Below are positions 19,518-30,494 of a stretch of DNA of 64,000 bases, piece by piece. Numbering within the stretch: the stretch's first letter is position 1; each line of letters starts with the position of its first letter. The translations under genes and the position numbers were made by a program. Below the pieces are notes generated by a model, which worked only from the letters and a program-made list of their open reading frames with translations, was not told the DNA's origin and ran no database searches. Origin of the DNA: an uncultured delta proteobacterium (GTDB lineage: Bacteria; Desulfobacterota; Binatia; Binatales; Binataceae); the NCBI GenBank assembly GCA_963724765.1, contig CAVRVY010000004.1:1376001-1440000 (forward strand), read 5' to 3'.

Positions 19518-20606
19518 TCATCTTGCGCCAAAGGACACGTCATCGACGGTGGGGACTACCGGCCGCAGCGGAATCCCTGGGCCGGTCATATAGTAGCCCT
19601 CCGCTGCGTGCCGGATGGCCGTTCCACCAAGGCTTGCATGCGATGGATTGAGCGTGACCCAGGATTGCGACCAGATGAAGAGCGCGCCGGCCACGGCCAG
19701 CGCGAGCGCCGTCACCGCCAGCGCGGCCCGCGTCAGACGCGCGCGCGGATTCGCTTCGCTCGCCGGCCCGTCGGCGGCAGTGCGTACGCCTTTGGCGCTG
19801 AGCAAATCCTCGTATTCGCTGACCGCGCTCTTGACCATCGCCAGGCTGACTTTTCTGCCTCCCGCCGCGTATCCCTGCAGCATCGAATTGTGGCTGAGCA
19901 CGTTCACCTGGCGTGGAATTCCACCGCTGTGGGCGACCAGATGGCTGAGCGCGGCGGATGCGAATATTTTCCCGGCACTCCCGCCCTTGGCGCGCAGCCG
20001 GCAATCGATGTATTCGCGCACCTCAGCCGGGCTTAGCGGCTTGAGCAGTGCGCGCGCGCCGATCCGCTGGTTCAGACTCTGCATCGCCGGACGCGCCAGC
20101 CGCGCGATCAGCTCAGGCTGTCCCACAAGGATTATCTGCAAGCGGCGCTCTTCAAAGGTGTCCGCATTGGACAGCAGACGCAGGCCCTCCAGCGCGTCGT
20201 CGCTCAATTCGTGGGCTTCATCGATAACAATCGCGATCCGCTCGCCTGGCGCCAGATCGTCGAGCAATTCGGCGAAGCCCTCGGTCAGCTCCAGCCGCGT
20301 CTGCCCGCTCCAGCCGGGAGCGAGCTGCGACATCACTATCTGCATCATCTGGTCGAAATCGAGCGTGGAATTACTCAGCAGCGCGGTCCGCACGTTGCGA
20401 TGGTGTCGCGTCAGGATCGAGCGGATCAACGTAGTTTTGCCGACGCCACTCTCGCCCACCAAAAGGGTGAAGCCGGTTGGTTCGTGGAGCATCCCCCATT
20501 CGAGCGCGGCGAGGGCTTCGCGATGCGTGTGGCTGAGGTACAAAGCGTCAGGCGCGGGGGTGAACTGAAAAGGCGGTCCGCTCAGGGCAAAGTGACGATG
20601 ATACAT
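19518..20606 (-). CDS. ExeA/GspA-like AAA ATPase with C-terminal TM anchor
   Basis: MYHRHFAL..PPF, GESGVGKTT, IDEAHEL, ILVGQPEL, LNQRI, SGGIPRQVN. Confidence 0.88.
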   Translation of the reverse strand: MYHRHFALSGPPFQFTPAPDALYLSHTHREALAALEWGMLHEPTGFTLLVGESGVGKTTLIRSILTRHHRNVRTALLSNSTLDFDQMMQIVMSQLAPGWSGQTRLELTEGFAELLDDLAPGERIAIVIDEAHELSDDALEGLRLLSNADTFEERRLQIILVGQPELIARLARPAMQSLNQRIGARALLKPLSPAEVREYIDCRLRAKGGSAGKIFASAALSHLVAHSGGIPRQVNVLSHNSMLQGYAAGGRKVSLAMVKSAVSEYEDLLSAKGVRTAADGPASEANPRARLTRAALAVTALALAVAGALFIWSQSWVTLNPSHASLGGTAIRHAAEGYYMTGPGIPLRPVVPTVDDVSFGAR

Positions 20607-21066
20607 AACGGCGTCAGCGCGCGACCGCGCACAACGTTCCGCATTCAGGCGATGGACGCGTCAGCCATCGGCGCTGGCGCGCCCGCATATCACCATGGCG
20701 GCGATTATATGGCGGACTTTTCATCGCATTACGTTCTTAATCTCGGCATTACGTTGAATGGCTCGTCTCCTCACTTGGTGGCTATGCCGTTTGACGAAAC
20801 GCGCCGCCACGCAACAGCCCGTCGGGCCCTCTACATCCGGAGCGGCTGCCGGGCCCGCTCCCTCTTCTCATCTAAGGGCAAAGTCCATGCCCATTAGCGG
20901 CTCTCGGGATTGCGGGTTTTGCAGTATGCATTCGCGAAGATGCGGCAAAGCTTACCGAGTTCTCGCAGTAAAACTTTCCTAGACGCCGGTAAACGCCAGA
21001 CCTCCGCTGCATCGGCAGAGCGGCGGCCGAAGCAGCGGCGCTCCTTTGGCGCGCGCCGCGTAGTTG

Positions 21067-21108
21067 AAAAAAAGAAATAGCCGCGGCTCCGACTGGACCG
21101 CAGCTATT
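21067..21108 (-). terminator. intrinsic terminator of the minus-strand gene run
   Basis: Minus strand AATAGCTGCGG...CCGCGGCTATT followed by TCTTTTTTT. Confidence 0.75.
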
Positions 21109-21154
21109 ACTTGGAAACGTGCCTTGCGAAATGCGTCTGAGCGACGCGCCGGTT

Positions 21155-22288
21155 TCAGGCGAGCAGCGACTTCGCCACGGTCTCACGATGGATCGGCGCG
21201 TTACCGAAATTCGCCTCACCGGCAAGCGCGCGGCGATGGTACAGATGCATGTCGTGTTCCCAGGTGAAACCGATCCCGCCGTGCACCTGGATCGCTTCGC
21301 TGGTGACGTTCTTGGCCATGTCGGAGGCATACGCCTTGGCCATCGGCACCGCAGTGGCGGCCTCGGGCAGCCGCTCGTCGACCGTCCAGCAGGCGTAGTA
21401 AGTGAGCGAGCGCGTGTTCTCGACCGCCACCATCATGTCGACGCACTTATGCTTGATCGCCTGGAACGATCCGATCGGTTTGCCGAATTGCACCCGCGTC
21501 TTGGCGTAGTCGACCGCGATATCGAGCGCCTTCTGCGCGGTGCCGACCATCTCGGCCGACAACGCGGCGGTTGCGATATCCAGCGTGCGGCGCAGGATCG
21601 GCCATCCGTGGCCCTCCTTGCCGAGTAAATTCGCGGCTGCGACAGTGACGCCGTCGAACTTGACGTGACAGAGCCGCCGGGTCATGTCGACGGTCTTGAG
21701 CTGGGTTATCGTGACGCCTTTTTGTTTCGCCGGCACCATCAGCAGCGTCACGCCGTCCTCGCCGCTACCGGCGCTGCGCGCGGCCACCACGATACAGTCG
21801 GCGACGTGCGCGTCGGGCACGAAAAATTTCTCGCCCGAGAGCGTGTAGTCGGCGCCCTTTTTCTCCGCCTTCAATTCAATTCCGCCCGCATCGAAACGCC
21901 CCGCCGCCTCGGCGATCGCGACGGTCGCGATGTATTCGCCCTTGGCCATCTTCGGCAGCAGTTCTTTTTTTTGCGCATCGGAGCCGCCGTCGATCACGAT
22001 CGGCGCGCCGAGCAGCGCGGCCGCAAAGAAGGGACCGGGGACCAGCGCCTTGCCGGCTTCCTCGGCGATCACCGTCATGTCGAGAAAGGTGCCGCCCTGG
22101 CCGCCGTACTCCTCGGGTATCAGCAACCCGGGCCACCCGAGATCGACCAGCTTGCGCCAGAAGCCCGCGTCGTGCGCGCTCTCATCGGCCATCATCTGCC
22201 GCACGAACTTGGTCGAGCAGGTGTCGGCCAGAAAGCGCTTGGCCGCATCACGCAACATCTCTTGTTCTTCTGAAAATCCGAAGTCCAA
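21155..22288 (-). CDS. acyl-CoA dehydrogenase family protein
   Basis: TTG start after SD GGAGGA gives MDFGFSEEQEMLR; RVQFGKPIGSFQAIKH, IQVHGGIGFTWEHD. Confidence 0.92.
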   Translation of the reverse strand: MDFGFSEEQEMLRDAAKRFLADTCSTKFVRQMMADESAHDAGFWRKLVDLGWPGLLIPEEYGGQGGTFLDMTVIAEEAGKALVPGPFFAAALLGAPIVIDGGSDAQKKELLPKMAKGEYIATVAIAEAAGRFDAGGIELKAEKKGADYTLSGEKFFVPDAHVADCIVVAARSAGSGEDGVTLLMVPAKQKGVTITQLKTVDMTRRLCHVKFDGVTVAAANLLGKEGHGWPILRRTLDIATAALSAEMVGTAQKALDIAVDYAKTRVQFGKPIGSFQAIKHKCVDMMVAVENTRSLTYYACWTVDERLPEAATAVPMAKAYASDMAKNVTSEAIQVHGGIGFTWEHDMHLYHRRALAGEANFGNAPIHRETVAKSLLA

Positions 22289-22427
22289 CTTGGCTGTTCC
22301 TCCGCTGCCGGCTGGAATGCGCCCTGCGCAAAATCCACGCCAGAGCCAGATTCCAGCTACCACTAACCGTTTGGGCCCTGCAAGCGCGCCGCCTGCCAGC
22401 TATCCTGCGACGGGCAGCCTTCGCCGC

Positions 22428-23609
22428 TTAGACGGCTTTGCCGCTGACCAGCGCCAGCACCCCCGAATATTGAAGCGTCCCGTAGCCGTCGCCCAGCGGG
22501 CCGATTTCGAAACCCGTGAAAAAGCCGGCGATCGGCAGATGGCCGAGATAGCGGCCGATGTACGCCGAGTCGTGGTCGGGAATGTTGTACAGCGCGGCGC
22601 CGCGCGAGACGCAATCGAAGTACAATCCGAAAGCCGGCGGCGCAACCGCGTGCGCCTGCATCTCCTCGAGCGTCGCCTTGAGCTCGTCGCGCGAGCGCTC
22701 GCCATTGCGCAGCGCGAAACCCACCCGATCGCCAATCTTCGGACGATGAGCGACGGCGATCACCCCATGCTCGGTGCTCGCGCCCACAATGTTGCGTACC
22801 AAGTAGCGCCCGCGTTCCATCTGTTCGGCGTCCGGGTCCAAGGGGACGCCCAAAAAGACAAAGGCGACGGCGCGCTTGAGGTCCTCGGCAAGCGGGCCGG
22901 CCGCCTCGGCGAAGACCTCGAAGGCGCGCCGCCCGTCGAGCTCGACCAGTATATTGTCGCGCACGGCGGTGACCCGATGGGTCTTGCCGAGCGGCGTGCA
23001 GGCCAACGAAGCGCCCAGGTTGAGATCGAAGTCGCCCGCGAGCAGCATCCCGGCCACTGCGTTGGAACTGACGGTGTCGCCGCAGAACTGAAAGGTCTCG
23101 CCGATCGAGCCATCCTCGCTCGCTCCGCCTCCCACCACCATCACGCCGGGCAGCTCGCGCGCGAGCCCGGCCAAAAGCGCGTCGGGCTCCGTATTGTAGG
23201 TGTCGGCGAATATGCAGAGCAGGTTGTTGTTGCCGAGCGCCGGACGCACGGCGGCGGCGATCTCGCCGGCGGCCTCGCGCGCGCGGCCGCGCAACGAGGG
23301 CACGAACAGCCGCTTGGCGCTGAGTGAGCTGCCACCGAAGACCATCACCGCAACCGCGGGGCCCGATTCGATCTCGCGCTCGGCCGCGATCACGCCCACA
23401 CTGGAGCATCCGGCCACTTCGCGCGTGCGCGCCTCGGCCGCGACCGTGCGCGTGATCAGCCCGAAGGCCGCGCCGTGAGCCGTGGTCGCAAAGCACAGCG
23501 CGCCGGCCGCATGATGCAACCCCGCCTGGCGCATCGCCCCCCGCGTGGCTTCGGCGGCGGCCACCCTGGGGTTGTTCGAGATCGAGTATCCGACTCCTGC
23601 GTGCAGCAT
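22428..23609 (-). CDS. FIST_N/FIST_C sensory domain protein
   Basis: VAGCSSVGVI, VGGGAS, ILVELDGRRA, YLVRNIVG, FDCVSRG, GFFTGFEIGP. Confidence 0.88.
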   Translation of the reverse strand: MLHAGVGYSISNNPRVAAAEATRGAMRQAGLHHAAGALCFATTAHGAAFGLITRTVAAEARTREVAGCSSVGVIAAEREIESGPAVAVMVFGGSSLSAKRLFVPSLRGRAREAAGEIAAAVRPALGNNNLLCIFADTYNTEPDALLAGLARELPGVMVVGGGASEDGSIGETFQFCGDTVSSNAVAGMLLAGDFDLNLGASLACTPLGKTHRVTAVRDNILVELDGRRAFEVFAEAAGPLAEDLKRAVAFVFLGVPLDPDAEQMERGRYLVRNIVGASTEHGVIAVAHRPKIGDRVGFALRNGERSRDELKATLEEMQAHAVAPPAFGLYFDCVSRGAALYNIPDHDSAYIGRYLGHLPIAGFFTGFEIGPLGDGYGTLQYSGVLALVSGKAV

Positions 23610-23641
23610 AATCCCTATGTCCCGCCTCTCATCCGCGCTTC

Positions 23642-25123
23642 TCAGCTTCCGCCCACGAAGCGCAACAATTCAACCATCCGCCGGATGCCGTTGCCCAGCT
23701 CTTTCACCTCGATCCGCTCGTTGATCCCGTGCACGGTATGCTCCTGGGCGGTAGTCAATTCCACCGGCACAAAGCCGTAAGCAATCAGGCCACTCGCGCG
23801 AAAGTAGTGGCTGTCGGTGAAGCCGGCGATCATCGTCGGAATAGCTGCATCGTGGCCGTCCTGCCACGCGACCGCGTTGATCGCGTTCATCAGGATCGAG
23901 CGTGGAGGTGAAGAAACCGCGGGAAAGTTGAGCAACACTTCGACCTTGATCGTGTCGTCGCCGATCACATGGCGGATCTGATCGAGAAATTCTTTGGGAT
24001 CCGCGCCCGGCAACAAACGGCAATCGATCTCGGCGTAGGCGGTCGGTGCGATCACGTTGGTTTTCTGGCTGGCGCCGAGCACGGTCGGCGTGACGGTGTC
24101 ACGCACCATCGCGCTGTAGCGCGGGATCGCGAGGAAATTCTGGCGATAGGCCGGCTTGCGCAGCGAGATTACCAGGTTCTTGAATTCGCTCGGGCCGCCG
24201 TCGAGCTTGGCGACCGCGCGAAAATAATCGCGCACTGTGTCGATCACGTGGACCTGCGGGCGGTACGCGATAAGCTTGCTCAGCGCCGCCGTTAGGTGCG
24301 TAACCGCGGTGTCGTTGGGCGGCACCGCGGCGTGTCCGCTTGGTCCCTGGGCCGTCAGCCGGATCCACATCGGGGTCTTCTCTGCCAGCGAGACCGCATA
24401 GAAGCGATGGTGGCCGGGGGTCTCCTCGATCCCGCCGCCCTCGTTGAGCAGGTAGCCGGCATCGGCAAAGACCTGCTTCTCGTGCTGCACGAACCATCCT
24501 GCCCCGTTGCGTCCGCCCCCCTCCTCGTCGCCGGTCGCAATGAAGATCACGTCGCGGTTGAGCAGGATGCCGGCGCGTTTGATCGCCAGCATCGCCATCA
24601 TTTCGATTACGCCGGGACCCTTGTCGTCGATCGCCCCGCGCCCCCAGATGTCGCCGTCCTTGACCTCGCCTGAGAATGGCGGCACTTGCCATTGCTTGGG
24701 ATTGGCCGGCACGACATCCATGTGGCTCAGCAGCACAATGGCCTTGGTGTGCTTGCCGATGCCACGCAGGCGCGCCGCCACTACTCCGCGGCCAGGCATC
24801 GGCTCCCATACCGTGGCCGGAATTCCGTCGGCGAGAAATCTCTCGCGCAGCATCCGCGCCGCGCCGAGTTCGTTACCAGGTGGATTGGTGGTGTCGATAC
24901 GGATGTACTGGGAGAGCAGCGCCGTCGCCTCCTGAGTCAGCTTCTCCCAGTTGAACGTCTTGGCCGCCGAGGCGTCGCTTACCCCTGCCCCGCCCGTACC
25001 GCTTGAGGGCTCGGCCGCCCATCCGATGCCGATACCCGCGCCGGCCCCCGCGCCCAGCGACAGCGTCAGTATGGCCGCCGATGCGACGACCCACGATGCG
25101 GCGCGCCTCTTTCCGTTGCGCAT
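23642..25123 (-). CDS. exported M20 family metallopeptidase
   Basis: Signal peptide; DTTNPPGNE, SHMDVV, GRGAIDDK, DEE, NEGG, HGINERI. Confidence 0.9.
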   Translation of the reverse strand: MRNGKRRAASWVVASAAILTLSLGAGAGAGIGIGWAAEPSSGTGGAGVSDASAAKTFNWEKLTQEATALLSQYIRIDTTNPPGNELGAARMLRERFLADGIPATVWEPMPGRGVVAARLRGIGKHTKAIVLLSHMDVVPANPKQWQVPPFSGEVKDGDIWGRGAIDDKGPGVIEMMAMLAIKRAGILLNRDVIFIATGDEEGGGRNGAGWFVQHEKQVFADAGYLLNEGGGIEETPGHHRFYAVSLAEKTPMWIRLTAQGPSGHAAVPPNDTAVTHLTAALSKLIAYRPQVHVIDTVRDYFRAVAKLDGGPSEFKNLVISLRKPAYRQNFLAIPRYSAMVRDTVTPTVLGASQKTNVIAPTAYAEIDCRLLPGADPKEFLDQIRHVIGDDTIKVEVLLNFPAVSSPPRSILMNAINAVAWQDGHDAAIPTMIAGFTDSHYFRASGLIAYGFVPVELTTAQEHTVHGINERIEVKELGNGIRRMVELLRFVGGS

Positions 25124-26445
25124 CAGCGCTCGCCAAAGTTGAAAATCTCGATGACCGTCTGAAGGAATTGCGCGGCTGGCGCGCCGTCGATCAACCGATG
25201 GTCGAAGGTCAGGCTGAGTGTCAGCATCGAGCGCCGCGCGATCTCGCCGCGATGGACGACCGGCTTCTCGATGATCCGGCCGACGCCAAGAATCCCGGTC
25301 TCTCCGGTATTGATGATCGGCGTAAACGCGTCCACCCCGTAGGTGCCGAGGTTGGTAATCGTAAACGTTCCGCCGCTCACCTCTTCCAGGCGCAGCTTGC
25401 CCGCGCGCGCGCGCTCGCCCAGTTCGCGCGTCAGCACGGCGATCTCCCGCAGCGATTTCCGGTCGGCATCCACGATCACCGGCACGATCAGCCCGTCCTC
25501 GAGCGCCACCGCCATTCCGACGTTGACCTGCGGCATGATCGCGATCGCGTCCTGCACCAGCCGCGCGTTCATCCGCGGATGACGCAGCAGTGCACGCGCC
25601 ACTGCCTGAATCAGCAGGTCACCGTATGTGAAATCGAACTGACGCATGAGCCTCTCCCGCAGTTCGACGGCGGCGGTGACGTCGGCCTCGCTGGTGATGG
25701 TGAGCTGGGCGCTCTCGCGCAGGCTCTGCGACATGCGATCGGCGATGGTCTTGCGCATCCCGCGCATCGGGATGCTGCGCGCCTGCGGCTTGCCCGCGGC
25801 GGCGGGGGCAGACGCGGGCGATGCTGCGCGCGCACCGGCCGCCGGGCGCACGCCTTCGGCCGCGCGTTCGACGGCTGCACTTGTACTGGACGCCGAGCGC
25901 GCGCCTTCGGCCGCGCGCTCGACGTCTTCGCGCGTGATGCGACCGCCGGGGCCGGTGCCGACGACGCGCGCAAGCTCGACGCCGAGTTCGGCGGCGAGCT
26001 TGCGCGCGACCGGGCTGACAGCGCGGCGCGCCCCGGCGTCGTCCGCCGCCGAAGCGGCGGACGACGCCGGGGCGGCAGTCGCGGCGCCGCGAGCGCCAGC
26101 GTCGCCAGATGAGCGGGCGGGAGCGCCCGCCGCCGTGGCGGCGGGCGCTCCCGCCCGCGGCCCCGCGCCGTCGCCGTAGCGCGCACCGACCGCGGCCGCG
26201 TCCTCGCCGCTCTCGGCGATTACCGCGATTACAACGCCGCACTCGACCGTCGCGCCCTCCGGAAACAGAGCGGCCGCGAGCGTGCCCGAGGCCGGCGCCT
26301 CGACTTCGTATAGCACCTTCTCGGTCTCGACCTCGTACAGAGGCTCGCCCGCACGCACACTCTCCCCGGGCGCCTTGAAGTAGCGTTGGATCGTCCCCTC
26401 CTGCATCGTGAGGCCGAACTTGGGCATAGTCACTTCGACGGGCAT
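25123..26445 (-). CDS. dihydrolipoamide acyltransferase E2 of a 2-oxoacid/acetoin dehydrogenase
   Basis: Lipoyl domain VETEKV, subunit-binding SPVARKLA..GTGPGGRIT, catalytic DHRLIDG. Confidence 0.93.
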   Translation of the reverse strand: MPVEVTMPKFGLTMQEGTIQRYFKAPGESVRAGEPLYEVETEKVLYEVEAPASGTLAAALFPEGATVECGVVIAVIAESGEDAAAVGARYGDGAGPRAGAPAATAAGAPARSSGDAGARGAATAAPASSAASAADDAGARRAVSPVARKLAAELGVELARVVGTGPGGRITREDVERAAEGARSASSTSAAVERAAEGVRPAAGARAASPASAPAAAGKPQARSIPMRGMRKTIADRMSQSLRESAQLTITSEADVTAAVELRERLMRQFDFTYGDLLIQAVARALLRHPRMNARLVQDAIAIMPQVNVGMAVALEDGLIVPVIVDADRKSLREIAVLTRELGERARAGKLRLEEVSGGTFTITNLGTYGVDAFTPIINTGETGILGVGRIIEKPVVHRGEIARRSMLTLSLTFDHRLIDGAPAAQFLQTVIEIFNFGER

Positions 26446-26529
26446 AGGAATCTCAACCAGACGCGGATGTGCGGTTCGTCATAAGGAAGCGGTTCCCATC
26501 CGCCAAGGATAGTGCTGCGAACGCGGGCC

Positions 26530-27501
<972 letters not shown>

Positions 27502-27563
27502 CGTCATCACCTCGTTCTGCGTCCGCACCTTGCTCTGCGTGCGAATCGTTTTGCCGCGCGCAC

Positions 27564-28538
27564 CTATGCGAAAACGTCGTCGGTGACTTCGGACGGATCG
27601 GGCAGGGTGCCCTTGCGAGCGAACTCGATCGCGGCCTCGAGTTCGGCTTGCGTTTCATTCACGATGCGATCGAGTTCAGCGTTGCCGATCTTGCCGCCCT
27701 CGAGCACGAATTTTTCAAATTTGATGATCGGGCATTTCTTCTTCCAAGATTCGACTTCCGCCTCGGTACGATAGCCAGCGGAGCCCAGGAAAGCCTGCTC
27801 GCCGACCACGTGCCCCTCCCATCGATAGGTCTTGCACTCCAGCAGGGTCGGCCCTTCGCCGGCCCGCGCCCGCGCGATCGCTTCGCTGGCATAGCGATAG
27901 ACCTCAAATACGTCGTTGCCGTCAACGATGTGGCCGGGAATTGCGTAGGCTTGCGCGCGCACCGCGATGTCTTTGACTGAAGTGACGGTTTCCATCGGGG
28001 TGAATTCGCCATAGCCGTTGTTCTCGCAGACGAAAACCACCGGCAGCTTCCAGACCGCGGCGAGGTTGAGCGATTCGTGAAAGGTGCCCTCATTGGAAGC
28101 GCCGTCGCCGAAGAAGCAGGCGGTGACGTCGTCGCGCCCCGAGATTTGTGCGGCCAGCGCCGAGCCGGTCGCGATCGGTAGTCCGGCGCCGACGATCCCA
28201 TTGGCGCCCAGGATGCCGAGTGCGAAGTCGACGATATGCATCGAGCCGCCTTTGCCCTTGCAGTAGCCTTCACGCTTGCCGTAGAGCTCGGCCATCATGC
28301 GGTCGAGCCTGCCGCCCTTGGCGATAAGATGGCTGTGGCCGCGATGAGTCGAGGTGATGCGGTCGGTTTTGCGCAGCGCCGCGCACACGCCGGTCGCGCT
28401 CGCCTCCTCGCCGATCGAGACGTGCACGAAACCCGGAAGCTCGTTGGCGATCGCAAGATCGCGCACCCGCCCCTCGAATTGCCGAATCCGCTGCATCGAG
28501 CGGTACATCTCGAGCATCAGGTCTTTGCCGAGGTCCAT
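27564..28538 (-). CDS. acetoin/pyruvate dehydrogenase E1 alpha subunit (AcoA-like)
   Basis: LPGFVH, STHRGH, GKGGSMH, ThDP motif GDGA...CENN, TYRWEGH. Confidence 0.93.
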   Translation of the reverse strand: MDLGKDLMLEMYRSMQRIRQFEGRVRDLAIANELPGFVHVSIGEEASATGVCAALRKTDRITSTHRGHSHLIAKGGRLDRMMAELYGKREGYCKGKGGSMHIVDFALGILGANGIVGAGLPIATGSALAAQISGRDDVTACFFGDGASNEGTFHESLNLAAVWKLPVVFVCENNGYGEFTPMETVTSVKDIAVRAQAYAIPGHIVDGNDVFEVYRYASEAIARARAGEGPTLLECKTYRWEGHVVGEQAFLGSAGYRTEAEVESWKKKCPIIKFEKFVLEGGKIGNAELDRIVNETQAELEAAIEFARKGTLPDPSEVTDDVFA

Positions 28539-28673
28539 CGCTAAAGCCTCCCCGTGTTGGCGAACGCTGACGGCGGCCAGCGCGCCAGCGAGAGGAAGGT
28601 ATTACCGTTGAGGCTCAGCGTCAAACGAACACCGGTTCTTCCCCGCACGCCGGCCATGCTAGAGGTGAGCGCT

Positions 28674-29432
28674 ATGGCGTCCGCGAGCAAGATGCTTCGC
28701 AAGGCCGCGCCGCACTCGCGCGCGGACGGCGCCGCGCCGCAGACCGTCAAGCGGCGCTCGGGCGGCGGCGATCTCGTAGATCGGCGCACCGTAGGCCGTG
28801 TACTCAGGCTGCTGCGGCGCGAGGCCAAAGGATGGAACGCGCCGGTGATGGCTCTGGAAGCCGCCGAGCATGGCGACCCGTTCCGCACACTCATCGGATG
28901 CATCCTGAGCCTGCGGACCAGGGACGAGACCACCGCCGAGGCGGCGCCGCGACTGTTCGCGCAAGCGGCGACGCCGCAAGCGATGCTCAGGTTGGGCGAG
29001 GACGCGATCGCGCGGCTTATCTATCCGGTTGGTTTCTATCGCACCAAGGCCGCAGTGATTGCCGGAATCTGCCGCGAGCTTATCGCCCGCTTCGGCGGAC
29101 TCGTGCCTGACTCGATCGACGCGTTGCTGACGCTCAAGGGGGTGGGCCGCAAGACCGCCAACCTGGTCGTAACCCAGGCCTACGGCAAACCCGGCATCTG
29201 CGTCGACACTCACGTCCATCGGATCTCCAACCGATGGGGCCTGGTCGGGACGCGCACGCCGGATGAGACCGAGACGGCGCTGCGCGCGGCGCTGCCGCGC
29301 CGCTACTGGATCGAATACAATACGTTGCTCGTGGCTTTTGGCCAGACGATCTGCCAACCGCTGTCGCCGTGGTGTTCGGGATGTCCGGTCGCACATCTGT
29401 GTCCGCGCCTGGGAGTAACCCGCTCGCGATAG
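28674..29432 (+). CDS. nth: endonuclease III
   Basis: HhH motif LKGVGRKTA, VDTHVHR, 4Fe-4S motif C-x6-C-x2-C-x5-C; start approximate. Confidence 0.93.
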   Translation: MASASKMLRKAAPHSRADGAAPQTVKRRSGGGDLVDRRTVGRVLRLLRREAKGWNAPVMALEAAEHGDPFRTLIGCILSLRTRDETTAEAAPRLFAQAATPQAMLRLGEDAIARLIYPVGFYRTKAAVIAGICRELIARFGGLVPDSIDALLTLKGVGRKTANLVVTQAYGKPGICVDTHVHRISNRWGLVGTRTPDETETALRAALPRRYWIEYNTLLVAFGQTICQPLSPWCSGCPVAHLCPRLGVTRSR

Positions 29433-29495
29433 CCCGCGGTAATTACGGTCAGCCGGCGCGATACACGCCCAACCCCCGGAGAAGGAATTACTACT

Positions 29496-30389
29496 ATGAG
29501 CACTGAAATCGGATTTATCGGATTGGGCGCGATGGGCGAGCCGATAGCGGCCAATCTCGCCGCCGCTGGCTACAAACTGCGCGTCTACAACCGTACGGCA
29601 TCGAAGGCGGACGCGCTGGTCGCAGCCGGCGCGACGCGCGTCGAGCGGCCGGGCGACGCCGCGCCGGCGGGCGCAGTGGCGATCACGATGCTCGCCGACG
29701 ATGCCGCGCTGGAGCAGGTGACGCTCGGCGCCGACGGTCTGGCCAAGCGACTCGGTTCCGGCGGAATCCATATCTCGATGAGCACGGTCGCGCCGGCGAC
29801 CGCGCGCCGTCTGGCACAGCATCATGCCGACTGCGGCAACACTTACATTGCGGCGCCCGTGTTTGGCCGTCCCGATGCCGCCAAGGCAAAGCGGCTGTGG
29901 GTGCTGGCCTCGGGGCCGGCGGCGCAAAAGACCGCGATACGGCCGCTGCTCGAAGCGATCGGGCAGGGGATTTTCGACTTCGGCGAGGACCCCGGGGCCG
30001 CCAATGTCGCCAAGCTGGCGGGCAATTTCCTCATCGCCGCGAACCTCGAAGCGATGTCCGAAGCATTCGCGATGGCCGAGAAGCAGGGCGTCGATCGCGC
30101 CGCCGTCGCCGACTTGCTGGCGAAGACGCTCTTCGCATGCCCGATTTACCAGGGCTACGGCAAGGCGATCGCGGAGAAGCGCTTTACGCCGGTAGGCTTC
30201 CGGATGCCGCTCGGACTCAAGGACGTGGAACTGGCGCTGCGCACCGCCGCCGAGGTGACGATGGCGCTGCCGATCGCGAGCCTGGTGCGAGATCGATTCC
30301 TCGCCAGCCTGGCCAAGGGACGCGCGGATATGGATTGGTCGGCGATCGCGCTGAGCGTGCTCGACGACGCCGGGCTGAGTCATCAATAG
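29496..30389 (+). CDS. beta-hydroxyacid dehydrogenase family NAD(P)-dependent oxidoreductase
   Basis: IGFIGLGAMG, YNRT, APVFG, KLAGN, KDVELAL. Confidence 0.9.
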   Translation: MSTEIGFIGLGAMGEPIAANLAAAGYKLRVYNRTASKADALVAAGATRVERPGDAAPAGAVAITMLADDAALEQVTLGADGLAKRLGSGGIHISMSTVAPATARRLAQHHADCGNTYIAAPVFGRPDAAKAKRLWVLASGPAAQKTAIRPLLEAIGQGIFDFGEDPGAANVAKLAGNFLIAANLEAMSEAFAMAEKQGVDRAAVADLLAKTLFACPIYQGYGKAIAEKRFTPVGFRMPLGLKDVELALRTAAEVTMALPIASLVRDRFLASLAKGRADMDWSAIALSVLDDAGLSHQ

Positions 30390-30494
30390 CCGCAGCCAGT
30401 AGCGGCGCCCGCGCCAGTCGGGTCTAAAACATTCAAGTTGCGCACGCCGCGGGCCTAAATTATCCTGATCGATACCAAACCGCTGATCGGCAGC

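Noticed and set aside
13879-21100. Genomic island integrated at the tRNA
   Set aside because: No integrase, no duplicated tRNA 3' end seen, and no obvious compositional shift.
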